NCBI GenBank assembly: GCA_963775465.1
Contig: CAVZIW010000009.1
Location: 39,742 to 103,741, forward strand
Length of the DNA: 64,000 bases
Direction of reading: 5' to 3'
Source: Candidatus Bathyarchaeota archaeon
GTDB lineage: Archaea > Thermoproteota > Bathyarchaeia > Bathyarchaeales > Bathycorpusculaceae
Position numbers and translations under genes: made by a program. Positions 1 through 12,980 of the stretch are shown one piece after another. The stretch's first letter is position 1, and each line of letters begins with the position of its first letter. The notes below the pieces were generated by a model. That model was not told the DNA's origin. It was given only the letters and a program-made list of their open reading frames with translations, and did no database searches.

Positions 1-538
1 AGCAGCCAACATTGACGATCTCAAGAGGTCAAAACTCTGCTCAAACTACCCTAACATCATCAGGGAAACCAGGGACAGTGATAGTCTGCGCAACAACTGA
101 AAACTTTGGAGCATCCTCCATCACACTTACCTTCAAAATCCCTATAGAGCGTGAATTGTCGCTCAGTTAAGCATAGAAGCTGAGCCGTCTACAATAGTCG
201 CTGATGGCACTTCAAAAGCTTCCCTCACACTACATCTTTTGGATGCCGAAGGAAAACCCACAACACAACAAAAAGAGACAGCCATAGAGCTTTCAACCAC
301 AAAAGGAAAAATAGCAAAACCAATGATCGTCATTCCTGAAGGAGTTCACTCAGCCAGAACTTTCATTACTGCATCCTTAGAAACAGGAATGGTCTTGATC
401 TCCGCAATGACAAAAGGGCTAAAGAACTGTCAAGCGACCATTAACTTCAAGGAACAAGAACAACATTGTCTATATTGCGGAGCAGTTATTCTTTCATGGT
501 GCCAACCTTGCCCCCAATGCGGAAAAACGCCACCATAA
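1..538 (+). CDS. 3' part of protein with tandem Big_1/invasin-like Ig domains and C-terminal Zn ribbon (partial, one frameshift near 160)
   Basis: Reads ...AEPSTIVADGTSKASLTLHLLDAEGK...HCLYCGAVILSWCQPCPQCGKTPP*; paralog of the modules at 27630-27991 and 29265-29626; T-run after stop. Confidence 0.65.
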
Positions 539-689
539 AAATAGTTTTTTTTCCCTGAATATTACTGCAGAAATAATCTTGTCCGCTACTTGAATTTAAA
601 GTATTTCCCATAACAAGCATGACCTAATTTTCGCACAATTCTCTTATTTGAGATAATTTTAAAAGTAACTATTGTAGAATAACCTAGAA

Positions 690-1142
690 TTGGTTTATTT
701 ATTGCAGTCAAAAGACGATTATCCGTACTTGAGCTTCAGGTTTTGGGTCGAAATTGACAGTTTAGTTGTTGGAGGCTTTTCTGAAGTTTCAGGTCTTCAA
801 TCGGAAATCGATCTTGAATCTTATGAAGAAGGAGGAGTAAACGATTACGTTCACAAGTTTCCAAAAAAGGCTAAGCTCTCGAATTTGGTTCTCAAACGTG
901 GTATTACTCTGATTCGGATACGCTTTGGAAATGGTACGCCAGCGTCTTAAGCGGAAAGATAACACGAAAATTGATATCAAATAATATTGGCAGATCGTGA
1001 AGGAAACGAAAAATTGAGGTGGGGTATATTAGAAGCCTACCCAGTGAAATGGAGTAGCTCTGACCTAAAAGCAGACAGCAATACCATCGCCATTGAATCT
1101 TTGGAGCTTGTACATAATGGCATAGTTAAGGTGGGAAAATAG
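690..1142 (+). CDS. eCIS tail tube protein (T4 gp19-like, Afp1/5), frameshifted
   Basis: YPYLSFRFWVEIDSLVVGGFSEVSGL...YEEGGVNDYVHKFP...LVLKRGI; continues in other frames to AYPVKWSSSDLKADSNTIAIESLELVHNG, TAG at 1140-1142. Confidence 0.9.
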
Positions 1143-1165
1143 TCATAGCTAAAACGTGTGTAGGT

Positions 1166-2982
1166 GTGATTGATCAGAAGTTTACTGAAAAAGTCACAAG
1201 CAAATATATCAAACACGCTTTACCTTGGCTCTCGATCTTTCTCAACAAGTTTAACTTCTTTTTGCCTCCAGAAAACTATGTTTTTGTTATCTCTCCGTTT
1301 ATTTTCAAAAAGAAAATAGTGACTTTTAATAATTCATTTAATTCAATTTTAGTAAACAGGTCAAATAGTCTTTTTTTTCCTTCTTCTATGATTCTTCCAT
1401 CAAAAAGAGAAAACATTAATTCTTTTTTGTCCATTAAATCTATAAACTCCAAATCTTTTTCATCGACCGTTGTTAACGTTTCAAACAAGATTATTCATTC
1501 TGGAAATATATCAAAGGAATATCGTCTTGTTAAAGAGATCTCAAGATATTCTATTTTTATGAAAGTTTTGGAAAGAACCGTGGATAACCTTCCTTGCAAT
1601 AGCGTGTTACACAGGCTAAATTCAGTAATTGCCTGTGACATATTGCAGATAAAATATGTAGGAAATTTTGCATCCTTGAGAGCTTACTTCCTACGAGAGA
1701 CACTGTAAAAACGGTAGGCTTGCTTTCAAAAACTGAGATGATTCCAACAGCTTTTGGTAGAGTATTCAAAAAAATATTACCTTTTAATTGTTCTAATTAT
1801 TTTTTGGATTTTCAAAATACACGAGTTTTTGAGCAAATCAATAGATTAGAAGGTATCTTGTCATCACGAAAACAAAACTATATCAAAAATTTTCATCACA
1901 AGTTCAATATAAAAAATCCGAGAATCAAAAACCCCATTGCTTCAAGAAAAATTACGAATGGGCATAACATCAAACAACCATCTTCAAATGCAAATATTAA
2001 CTCAATAGATAGAATTAATCACGAAATTAAGTATAAAGAAAAAACGAGAGGTAATCTCCTATCATATTTTGCTAATCTCGAAAACTTATTTCCAAAATAT
2101 GCAGTCCCTCAATCCAGAATTTTTTTCAATTCAGTTTACTTTAGTAATTGGATAAACATACAAGCAACAAGAAAAGGGAATCCATTTTTTCGAATTTGCC
2201 TTTGTTTTCAAAGTTATCTTTTCTCGATTCTGCGAACAATAAGGCTGTGTTTCAAAAAATCGAACACTCAAAAGGCAATTTTCTACGTTTATGGGCGACA
2301 CCAAGAAGAGAAGTATCTCCGCTGAACCAGTGCGATCAGCAACGACTAATATTGAGTTGCCAGCGTCAATTGAAAATAGCACAAATAGTATCGAAAGAAT
2401 AGATTATACAGTTAACAAACATTTGGATTCAGACATTCACCCAACAAATCGTTCAAATTCTAAACAAACAAAATCTAAAATAACAAAGACAAACACTGAA
2501 ACAAGCAAAGAACAAAGCGAATTCATCATTAATCACGTCCGTTACCCGAAAACCATAATTGTCGAAAAGCAACCCGATTATCCTTCCAGATGCTATCCCA
2601 AGTCACCTCTTTATCCCTTCAATCCAGAGAAATACCATGAACCATGAACATCAAAATAATGGGTCGAATTACTCTTTGGCAAAGATAGTTGGCACAAATG
2701 CAGATAGTAAACCTGAGAATTTGGGAATTTCTGGGCGCCTTCAACCAACTTCGAGAAATTCCCCCGAATATGTGTTTGCAAACAAGGGATTGACAACTGA
2801 ATATATTAGGAAGAAATTGGAAATTGTAGAAGAAACAAGCAAACAGATTGTAAAAAAACATATCACAATTCCTGAGCAAAAAAATGCATTACCATCTATA
2901 AATATCGATCGTTCTAGCCGACCAAATCTACAGTTTAATAGAACGGAAAGCCCGAATAGAAAGAGAGAGAAGAGGTTTATAA
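1166..2982 (+). CDS. Long low-complexity eCIS accessory protein (possibly tape-measure-like), several frameshifts
   Basis: Fragments 1166-1708, 1720-2325, 2291-2647, 2559-; ends LADQIYSLIERKARIERERRGL*, a C-terminal motif typical of the gene preceding the LysM tube initiator in CIS loci; TAATG overlap with next gene. Confidence 0.55.
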
Positions 2983-3707
2983 TGTCAGCAAGAGGATACT
3001 TGGAAACACAAAAACAAAAGTCAAAGTAGAGTTCTTATTTAACCCTAATGAACTCACTATAGAAAAGTCAAACCAGTTTGCTGAAATCAGCATACCAGGA
3101 CTTCCTTCATCAACTTTTCAGTTTGTAAAAGGGGGTTCAAGGACCTTGAATTTAGATCTTTTTTTTGACACCTATGAAAAGCGAACTCTCCGACAGACTG
3201 GAGAGAAGGGAAGCATCAAAAATGAGGGGGGCAACGTTATTGAGGCAGGAACAGACGTTAGAGTATTCACAGATCAAATCACGGGCTGGGATACAGGACC
3301 AGTGAATAAAACTAAGTCTGATCCCAGGACTTATGGATATAAATGCTGCACTTCATGCTCCACCTATTTGCAATTTTGTGTGGGGATCTTTCCGATTTCC
3401 ATGCTTCGTGGAGAAAGTAACAAAAAAATTTACGTTGTTTCTGCCAACAGGAGTGCCAGTACGTGCAACTCTCAACATATCTCTGCGAGAATATATAGAA
3501 TTAAAAGATCAGCTCGCAGAAACACCCTCTCGAATCTTTGACAAGACAAAAGTTTGGAAAGTTAAGCAAGGCGACACACTCTGGCTCATCGCAGAGAAGG
3601 AGTATGGCGACCCAGCTCTCTGGAGACCCATAGCTTCATCCAACAAAATTTCTAATCCACGTGAACTAAAACCCGGCATAGAACTTATTATTCCTTCACT
3701 GGAGTAA
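2982..3707 (+). CDS. eCIS tube initiator with C-terminal LysM (Afp7/Pvc7-like), frameshifted
   Basis: FLFNPNELTIEKSNQFAEISIPGL...LDLFFDTYE...PPICNFVWG...F..TGVPVRA...VKQGDTLWLIAEKEYGDPALWRPIASSN. Confidence 0.9.
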
Positions 3708-3711
3708 AAAT

Positions 3712-4790
3712 ATGACTTTCATCAATAGTGTAAAGACATACGGCAACTTTTATGTTCCTAGATACCAGATCCTAATTGGAAAGAAAGACGTTTTGAAGGA
3801 TCTTAAAATGGAAGTCTTAAATTTAAGTTTTGAGGAGGCGATAGATGAATTTCAACGCTTTTCATTTTCAGTTAATTTTCCACGTTCAAAATGGGTTGAT
3901 GAAAAACTCTTTGAGCCAGGTGAAGTTGTTGAGGTAAAAATGGGTTATGCGAACAATACTAAACTCATGATGGTTGGAGAAATGGTTGCCGTTGAGCTGC
4001 AACTTTCCCGAAAGCGGTACTCCACAACTCGAGATTGGCGGGTATGATCTTTCATATCAGTTAACGCGAATAAATATGCATAACACTTGGCATGATACAA
4101 GAGCAAGCACAGTGGTTAAAAAGCTGTTGTGTGATCCTCTGCTAAGAAATAAATTTGAAGTCAATTCCAACATTACCGAGACGGATATTGTACGAACGAT
4201 TGTTCAAAATGGTCAGACACACTATCAATTCATAAAGGAATTGGCAAAGCAAAATGCTTTTCAGCGTTTACGTTAAAGAGGATAAACTATTTTTTGGTCC
4301 AGCCGAAAAAGCCAAAGAAATCTTTGAGCTGGAATATGGTAAGTCTCTATTGAGTTTCACTCCAGAAATTAACACCGCAAATCAGGTAGGCAGCGTTACT
4401 GTAATTGGATATGAACCTAAGAAAAAGAAAGCCGTTGTGGGAAAAGCTGAAAGAAAGCCAGACAAGCCGGGAAAAAATGGAGTTTGGATGGAGAAAATTG
4501 TTGGAAATGTTCGGGTTAAAGTAACAAATAGATCGGCTACAAATAAACAACAGGCATCTATGCTCGCGAAATCGATCCTCGAAGAGTCTTCTGCTGGACT
4601 TCTAAAAGGAAGCGCGAAAAGCATAGGAATCCCCGATATAAGAGTTGGAACTAAAATAAGACTAAGTGGACTCGGGGATACCTTTAGTAGAAAATATTTT
4701 ATAGAAAAAACAAAGCATAGTATTGACACGTCGGGATACAGTACCGACTTCAGTGTTAGGAGGGATTTTAGTGTCAATGTTTCCAGTTGA
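3712..4790 (+). CDS. Baseplate hub / phage late control D-like protein (N-terminal half of Afp8/VgrG), frameshifted
   Basis: Three consecutive fragments: EVKMGY...FPESGTPQLEIGGYD, LEYGKSLLSF, GIPDIRVG..I.LSGLG..FS.KYFIEK..HSI...GY.T.F. Confidence 0.85.
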
Positions 4791-5392
4791 AGAAAAAAGT
4801 GGGATAATTCATGGGGTCGTTATTGGCATTGTTACTAACAACAACGATCCTGAGGGGATGGGCAGAGTCAAGGTCAATTTTCCTTGGCGGGATATTAAGG
4901 ATGAAAGTTTTTGGGGCTAGAATTGCAACTTTCATAAGAGTGGAAATGAAAGAGGCTCATATTTCTTGCCAGAGGTTGGAGACGAAGTATTAGTTTCGTT
5001 TGAGCAGGGAGTGTCCATTAAGACCTTATGTCTTAGGTGCACTCTGGAACGGCAAAGACAAGCCCCCCGAAACAAACACTGATGGAAAAAATTGATTGAG
5101 TCTATTAATAAAATCAAGAAGTGGACACAAAATTGTATTTGACGATAGTGAGAGTAAAGAAAAAGTTGAAATTCTCACAAACTCTGGGCATCAAATAGTT
5201 CTTAACGACTCCTCAGGAGGAGAAAAGATGGAAATCAAAGACAAAACTGGAGCTAACCTCATAGTTATTGATTCAATTCAGAATACTTTGCAAATAAAGA
5301 GCCAAATGAAAATAAGCATTGAATCACAAATTATAGAAATAAAAGCTGGAGCCACTCTGAACCTTCAGGGAGGGCTTATTAAGATAAATTGA
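4777..5392 (+). CDS. Spike protein (gp5 OB-fold / baseplate assembly V), frameshifted
   Basis: GVVIGIVTNNNDPEGMGRVKVNFPW, FLPEVGDEVLVSFEQG, IKSRSGHKIVFDD, GGLIKIN*. Confidence 0.9.
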
Positions 5393-5403
5393 GAGGGAAT
5401 ATT

Positions 5404-5695
5404 GTGCCACCTGCAGCCAGAGTCGGGGATACCACAAGTCACGGTTCACCATTGGGTCCGGGTCCAGGAAGCCCAAATGTCCTAATTGGGGGAATGCCTG
5501 CTTGGCGTGCAACATGTGATTTTCATGTCTTGCCCTTTGGCGGATGTTAAAGGTCCCCACGTTGGCGGAATAGTAGCAATAGGCAGCACAACTGTTCTGA
5601 TCAACAATCTTCCTGCTGTTCGAATGGGCGACATAATAACTGAGAGTACTCCTAACACCATCCTAACTGGGTGTTTCAAAGTAATAATTGGTTGA
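5404..5695 (+). CDS. PAAR spike-tip protein, one frameshift
   Basis: MPPAARVGDTTSHG...VLIGGMPAWR...CP...PHVGG...GSTTVLINNLPAVRMGD...GCFKVIIG. Confidence 0.9.
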
Positions 5696-5704
5696 GGTTG
5701 AAAA

Positions 5705-6098
5705 ATGTCGAAAAAATTTTTGGGAACAGGCTGGAAATTCCCAGTACAAGTGGATAAAAAATACGGGAAAATAGCCTTATCAAAATATGAAGATGACATA
5801 AGAGAGGCTATATGGATAATCTTGGGCACTGCCAAAGGTGAAAGAGTGATGCGCCCGAGTTTTGGTTGCGGAATCCATGAAATGGTTTTTCACACTTTAA
5901 ATATGGAAAATTTGAGTGTGATAGAAGAACAGTGCAGAAGCTGTGACACTTTATGAACCGAGAATAGAGATTGTCAGGATTAAAATAAACCTTGATCAAG
6001 CTCAAGCTGGAAAACTCTTAATCGATATTGATTATAAAGTCAGATCGACAAATAATCAGTTTAACTTCGTTTATCCTTTCTATCTAAATGAGGGTTAA
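5705..6098 (+). CDS. gp25/GPW baseplate wedge protein (Afp9), frameshifted
   Basis: FLGTGWKFP...IREAIWIILGTAKGERVMRPSFGCGI; continues YEPRI...FNFVYPFYLNEG*. Confidence 0.92.
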
Positions 6099-6102
6099 AA
6101 TA

Positions 6103-9100
6103 ATGTTGGCTCCCAAACTTTATAATAGAGATCTCAAAGCAATTCTGAAAGATCTCGTAACTCTATACAACAAGTTTGTGCCAGAATTAAAGCAGGAGGA
6201 TCTGGATGCTGGCAGCGCCCTTCTGCGTATTTTCGCTCATATCGCAAATAAAACATTAATTCGACTTAACAATGTACCTGATAAAGCGTTTTTTGAGTTT
6301 CTTGATTTGCTTTGGACGGAGCTTCATCCGCCCAGACACTTCCCGTGTTCCAATTAAATTTTATTTAACTGCTGAAACGGTGAAATTATTCTTCTCATCC
6401 CTGAGAGAACACAAATTGGAACATTGCCCACAGCGGCTCATCCCCCTATCATTTTTGAAACAGAAAAGAATTTGACCGTAACTTCTTCTCAGCTCAAAAG
6501 AGTAATCTCGATCGATCCTTTTCAGAATGCAATATTTGATCACACTTCAGAGCTTGAAAAAGGAGTAACAGAATTGTTTGTAGCTTCACAACATCCTCAA
6601 CATATTCTATTCTTAGGCCATAAATTCTGTTCAATCTGAAGAAGAAAAGGGAAGTCGACAACGTAAAGATACTTCTGAAAGATCTGCCTAGTGACAAAAA
6701 TCTTACCTCAGACAAGATTGTTCGGAGATACTGGGGATTTGATTCTTCAACAAGAGAGAGCGGGTGGCTACCCCTTGAGAGGTGTCTTAATGAATCGGGA
6801 AGTTCTGAAGTGATAGTTTTGTGACTGCCCTGCTCGCTCCGAGTCTAAGCCAATAAGTATTGATCCATCTGTGAATGACGTGGGCTATTCGGATGTTTTG
6901 AAGGAAGTCAATAACCTTGGGATTGAAGGGGATGTTTTTTGGATTCGCGCCACAGCGGCAGGCTTTGATCTAAAACAAAAAACCTTGCCGACGGTGGAGT
7001 CAATTCAAGCAGCTGCAGTGGCTTGTATTTTCCCTGATTTGGCTTTTTACAATGATGTCCCCTTGGGTGTTGACGGATCTTTTTATCCTTTCGGTACCAC
7101 TCCAATGGTCTACGATAAATTCTATATTGGAAGTCAAACGGCATTTTCAAAAAAGAAATCATTGGTTCACATCAATTTTGATTTAGCTCCGTTGGAGCGC
7201 CTAACTGACAACCCAACGGTTCCTCAGTTATCTTGGGAGTACTGGAATGGAAAAGGTTGGACCAGACTTTGAAACATTTGCTTACGGTCTCAAAGCAAAT
7301 AGGGGAGAGTTGAGGTTTGAAAGTTCTGGAAGTGTTTCATTTGCATGTCCTGTGGATCTTGAAAAAACTGAGGTTAACGGCAAAGAAAACTATTGGATAC
7401 GAGTGCGACTCATCGGTGGAAATTACGGTACCGCTTCTTATACTCCTAATGGAAAAATGTCTGTAAATTCAATTAAAGCCCCAAAGATTTTAAAAATAAG
7501 TATCAACGTTAACATTGACCAAGACCACTTCTACCCTTTGGAATATTGCATTACTAAGAACAATCTCAACACTTTAAGTGTTGACCTATCAAAACCTTTT
7601 CAACCTTTTCAAGTTTTAGATTCACAAGAATCAATTATTTGTCCGGATTTGACAAGCCCTTCTCCAATGGCCGAATTAGTCTTTTCTTCTCTTTGACGAA
7701 GCAAGAATACATTGAAAATTCAAAGCCTTATTTTGCATAGAGCTACTGTGGAAATCGAAACGGCGACAATTGTTGCATCGCATTGCAATTACTTGATAGT
7801 ACTGAAAACTTGACTGAAAGCGGTGCGATAGAGTTTGTGGGACCAGCAAATATGCTTAAGAGCAGAAAGTTTAGTCAAGAACTTTATTGGATAAAAGCTG
7901 AAGTTATGAATGAGAACAGGTTTCAACCTTTCGATAAAACTCTTGTTGAATATGTAAAAAAATACTCTGAAAATAGGTTTGAAACGAACGCTCATATAAA
8001 GAAACTTAATGATTTTCTCTTGGAACGAGGCTTAAAAAGTTTTGATGCAAGAAAATCTCTCTCGTACAATTTGAATCAAATGAAGAAAGCCAGCAGGAAT
8101 CTATGAGTTTATTTCCATCAATTTCAACATTGACTTACTTTCATCCAAAACTTTCAATCCCACATGAAATGAAAAATACTGCAGCTCCTAAAGTCCAATC
8201 TATACATACTAATACTACTTGGGCTATTCAAACATCGTCGCTTTTAGATGAAGTCTTAGGCTTGAGCACACATTCCCGAATGAGCAGTTCTTTTTCAGTC
8301 AATCCCCCGTTCTGTCAGAAACAATCTGGGTTCGAGAACAATACGTGAATGATGAACAAACTCTTTCCGAGAATGATAGTTCCATCGTAAAAATAAACAA
8401 AAAAGAACAGTGGGTAAAGTGGATGAATGTTTCTAATCTCTTGGATTCTCATGAAAGTAGTAGGCACTATATGGTGGACAGGATCGGGGAAAGATACAGT
8501 TTGGCGATGGAGTAAATGGCAAGATCCACCAACTAAAAGTGAAATAAAAGCTAGGGATCAGACAGGGGGAGGGTTGATTGGTAATGTGAAAGCTGGAGAA
8601 GTGAAAAATCTTCGATCTTCAATAGCTATGATTGAACGTGTTGAAAATATTGATTCTGCTCAAGGCGGACCTCATGGCGAAGGCGAATTGTGTTATTTAG
8701 AGAAGGGTCCAAAGATGCTTCAGCATAGATTTCGAGCAGTTGCCAGCGAAGATTATGAATGGTTAGCTAAGGAAGCTTCGCCGCAGTTGCACGTGCAAAA
8801 TGCATTCCCAATGCCAATGAGACGGGAGAATTTTCTCCTGGTTCCGTTGTGGTTGTTGTTGTTCCCAAGAATAATGAAGAAATGCCTGTTGCTTCTCCTG
8901 AGTTAATGAAGAGTTAAAGACTATCTGAAAAATCATTGTCCTGCTTCAACATCAACAGTAACAATAACCTCTGCAGCTTACTACCAAATTTCTGTCCAGC
9001 TGACGTTTTTGTTACCTCTTCTAGTTTGGCTTCTGAAGTTAAATTCAACACAATTAGACGCCTTCAAGAGTTCTTACATCCGATTAGAGGGGGAATTGAG

Positions 9101-9322
9101 GGTAAAGGATGGCAAATTGGGAAAATGCCTGGGAAATCTGATATAATGGCATTTTTCCAGAGCATTCTCAACGTGGATCACGTAGAAGGCTTGTCTGTGA
9201 CACTAATTGAAAATACTACGGGAAAGTCACTTGAATTGGAAGATGCTCTTCAATTGCCAGAGTACTTTTTGATATGCAGCGGAAATCACACAATAAATGT
9301 CAAGTTGGAAAAGGAGATGTAA
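6103..9322 (+). CDS. Large baseplate J-like protein (Afp11), many frameshifts
   Basis: DAGSALLRIF...RLNNVPDKAFFEFL, FYPFG..P, LSWEYWNG.GW, YWIRVRL, RFRAVASEDYEWLA, FLHPIRGG..GKGW, LICSGNH. Confidence 0.85.
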
Positions 9323-9325
9323 ATA

Positions 9326-10100
9326 TTGACGATAAAGACCAGCCATCCTGATAGAAGTTGGGGCTTGACTGTTCCAAAACTTGACGACGTTACTTTTGCT
9401 GGATTAGTTGAGGATGCTAAAAAGTCGATACCTCAGTTCCACCCGAATGGACTGCTTACAAATTGCATGATCCAGGAATTACGATTATTGAACTTTTGGC
9501 ATGCATAGTTGAAACGGAGAATTTTGAACTAGATCAAGTAACTGAAAAATACGGCGAGAAGCTTTCTTCGTCTTTTAGGTCAGGAGCCTCAAAAAGGTGA
9601 AAAGCTGAAAGTAGCAAAGTTGAGGGCTCAGATGGATTTGAGAAAGCTTTTATAGGGCTGTAACCTTGGAAGACTTTGAGCGTTTAGCTGTTGAAACCTC
9701 AAGTGTCGATATTGCTCGTGCTAAGGCTTTTTGGAGTGAGGATATAGTACAAATTGTTGTTTTGCCTGAGTCATTGAGAACTAAAAAAAAAGCAACAAGA
9801 GGCGATGTCCGATTTTGAGGTGAAAAGAAGAGTCTGCCGTCATTTGGATAAGCGCCGTATTTTGACAACTCTCATCGAAGTGACTTACCCGGAATACATT
9901 GAAGTGTCTGTTCAAAATGGGGTGAAGATAAAGCATAACGCTTGGAAAAATGGAGTTGAGCAAAGAGCAAAAGAAACTTTGCAGAGATCTCTTCGAATCC
10001 ATTTCGATGGCCTTTTGGAAGAAATGTTTATGCTTCTGAGGTAATCGCAACAATTGAAAACGTTGATGGTGTAGAATTAAAGCTTTAAGATTTGGAGTTA
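9326..10100 (+). CDS. Second short baseplate J-like protein, frameshifted
   Basis: PKLDDVTFAGLVEDAKKSIP...HDPGIT..ELL; RAVTLEDFERLA; HLDKRRILTT.IEV..PEY. Confidence 0.75.
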
Positions 10101-10109
10101 AAAACTGAT

Positions 10110-11185
10110 TCAGAATGGACTGAGGAAGTATTTGTTACTAGGAAAGAATGCTTTAACAAAGTATGATCCCTCAAAAGATACATGGAGTTTTAAAGCATGA
10201 CAGAAAGAAAAAAAATTAGGATACCAAATGATTGGCAAGAAACGGAAATAGGGGCTCAAATTGCACAGAGAATTGATAGCCAAATTCCTATGTGCTCGTG
10301 GCATAGGCTCCTGATTGTTGCTAAAGTCCCAAAGGAGCTGCAAACAAGTTATATTATTACCGATGACCTCACAAAGGCTACCCGACAACATGAGTGGGTT
10401 GTTCTTGAAAAAAATCAGATGGAAGCCAATCTCTTCGAACCAGGGGAAGGTATCTTTTACTAAAGTTTGCGACTGCATCTAAAGGCAAGCATGAACTTCA
10501 GACAATAAAGTATGTAAGAGTCTATTTGCTCGAGAAGAAATATTGAATATCTGCCCGCCGTTTATCAAAATGAGTCCTATGATGAAGATTTTATTAAAAG
10601 GTACCTTTCAATATTTGAAGAATTTAATCAGAAAATAGAACATCGAATACAATCAATATCAGCAATTTTTAGTGCTCATCAGACTCCAAGTGATTTTCTT
10701 CCTTGGTTATCGACTTGGGTGGGTTCGATAAAGGATGGAATTGGCCTAAGATAAATGGAGAATTTTTCTTAGCAGAGCCGCTGTTCTCTATCGACGAAGA
10801 GGAACTAAAGCGAACTGGAAAGATTTTGAAAATATATACTGAAAGACGTCCGTTTGCTATTGTTGAACGTGCTCTACTGAAGCATGGAAGCGAAGATTTG
10901 AAAAAGACGTTGGATGTTTTGTTTGGAGGCAAATATTCATTCTGCGTTTTGCTCAGGACTGAGCAATTGAAATCCGAAAAAGATCAAAGAGTGATAACTC
11001 GGATAATTATGACAGAGAAGCCAGCACATACTGAAGGTGGCTTCTCGTTGGTGGAAGATCGCATAAACCTGGATTGGAATACGTACCTTGGAATCAATAC
11101 ATATCTGGTAAAGCCTGCAACAGGGATGTACGTTGGCAAAGCTCACATATCAATTGATACAGTACTTGGTCTTAAAGCAGGCTAA
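10110..11185 (+). CDS. Phage tail protein (P2 gpI-like baseplate wedge), frameshifted; start uncertain
   Basis: EYLPAVYQ...FIKRYLSIFE...TPSDFLPWLSTW...F.VLL...II..EKPAHT...YLGINT. Confidence 0.75.
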
Positions 11186-11248
11186 GCTTTGATTCACATA
11201 AATCTTAAATAAATTTAGAGGCAATATAGTTGATCTTGAGGATTTGGA

Positions 11249-12882
11249 ATGGCAGATAATACAAGTAAGGTAGAAGATATTACATGTGAAACGTTTCCTC
11301 CTTTCCAACGTAATAATTATTTTTATGGCAAATTATTGTCTGTCAAAGATTTTAAGATGGAACAGCAGTATTTCATCAACAAGAATCGATTATCGAATTT
11401 GTTTATTCATGGTTCTGGAGTGGTTTGTGGTCTTCATGTATCAAAAAGTAGTAGTCACGAATTAAAAATATCCAGAAGCCTGGTGTTGCTCTTGATTCAT
11501 GTGGGCGTGAAATTATTGTTTCTGAAGAGCATATTGTGGATTTAAACAAAGAACTTCCAAATCCGGTGAGTCCAGCTAAGATTTATTTGAAGTGCGAAAT
11601 CGAAGGCAGAGATCTTACAACGAAAGTTTTGAAATCCTCCACCTATGCTGATGAGAGTTGCTTCAGTACTATAGAGGAAAAATTTAGAGTTGAGGTTGAG
11701 TCTGCACTCACTCAAACTTCTGGATACGCAGAACGTTTGGAGCGTGAAGAGGAGCTCTAGACGTTAACGAAAAAACTTTTGAGGATTCCTCAATTGACGA
11801 TGTGTCTTTACTTCTGACTCAACCTGAAGTTTCAACTGAGAATCTTAGTTTTGCTCCATCTCGCAAGAAGGAACTGTTCTATGTAAAGGGCTGTCCATCT
11901 TCTAACGAAAAGAGAGTTTTGTTAGGCCATGTTTTTTTCAGTGTCGACAAAAAAGGATTGGTAAACATAGAACATGTATCCAGCAATAGACCAATTGTTT
12001 ACAGCAATGATACTCTTTTCAGATTGATAAAGTATCTTGAGCGAGAGATTAACCCTGTTGAAGCAGGGCTTCCAGCTGTTCAAGGTGTAGGTTCGGAAAC
12101 AGGATCTGACTTTTAGCTCAACTGAAGAATGGGTTGATAATCTTAACAAGGGTTTCAAAATTACGTTCAATAGACCAATGAAGAAAAAGACAAAAAACAG
12201 AGATACTTTGAGTTTGTTTCTGGAAATAACGAAAATTGACCTAGGAACTGTTGAAGCAGTGACTCAAAGTGTTCCCTTTGTCCGCATTGAGATTCGGAGG
12301 GTCGCCATTCCAATAGACTTTCGAGCTAACGATGGACGAATCGTAGAATTTGCTATTAACCAGTCTTCACTGGAACCGATGGATTACTTCTTGATTGGAG
12401 GACTTGACAAGCTACTTGTTGGCAACATTGATAGCCCCTTAACTAGTATTAGGGGTTTTAAACTCAGGTTGATTGTGCAGGTAAATGGCGATTTTGTGTG
12501 CAGTGATGAAGAAGAAAGCAAATGTTTGGATGGCAACTTTCTCAGAGCTAATTTTCCTACAGGAAACGGGGTTGAAGGTGGCACATTTGAAAGCTGGTTT
12601 AGCTTAAAAGCTCTGCCTAAGCCACCTACCATCGAGGTGTTCAGATCGGTAATCGCGAATATTATAACTGATCCTCAACTTGTGCAAAATCTGATCAAGA
12701 AAATTAAGCCAAGAGGATCACCTACTGTAGGGGACTTGGCAAAATCGAGTTCAAAAGATCTATCGAGGAAACTTAACGTTTCAGATAGCAATACGATAAG
12801 GTCGATCAGTGAAGTTATTATCAAAGCGAAAGAGTTTGAGGCTAATTACACCAACATTAAAGAAGTAATTTCAAAATACTAA
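11249..12882 (+). CDS. eCIS tail-fibre/baseplate-associated protein (Afp12/13-like), frameshifted
   Basis: RNNYFYGKLLSVKDFKMEQQY...GSGVVCGL.V N-terminus; GDF...LDGNFL...PTGNGVEGGTFESWF motif. Confidence 0.7.
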
Positions 12883-12980
12883 GTATTAAGTCAAATCACC
12901 TCTTCATAAGTACTTAAGATTCAAATCGAAAAGGATCATTGGAATTCATGGAAGGATTAGAATTCGAGATTTGATGAAAT

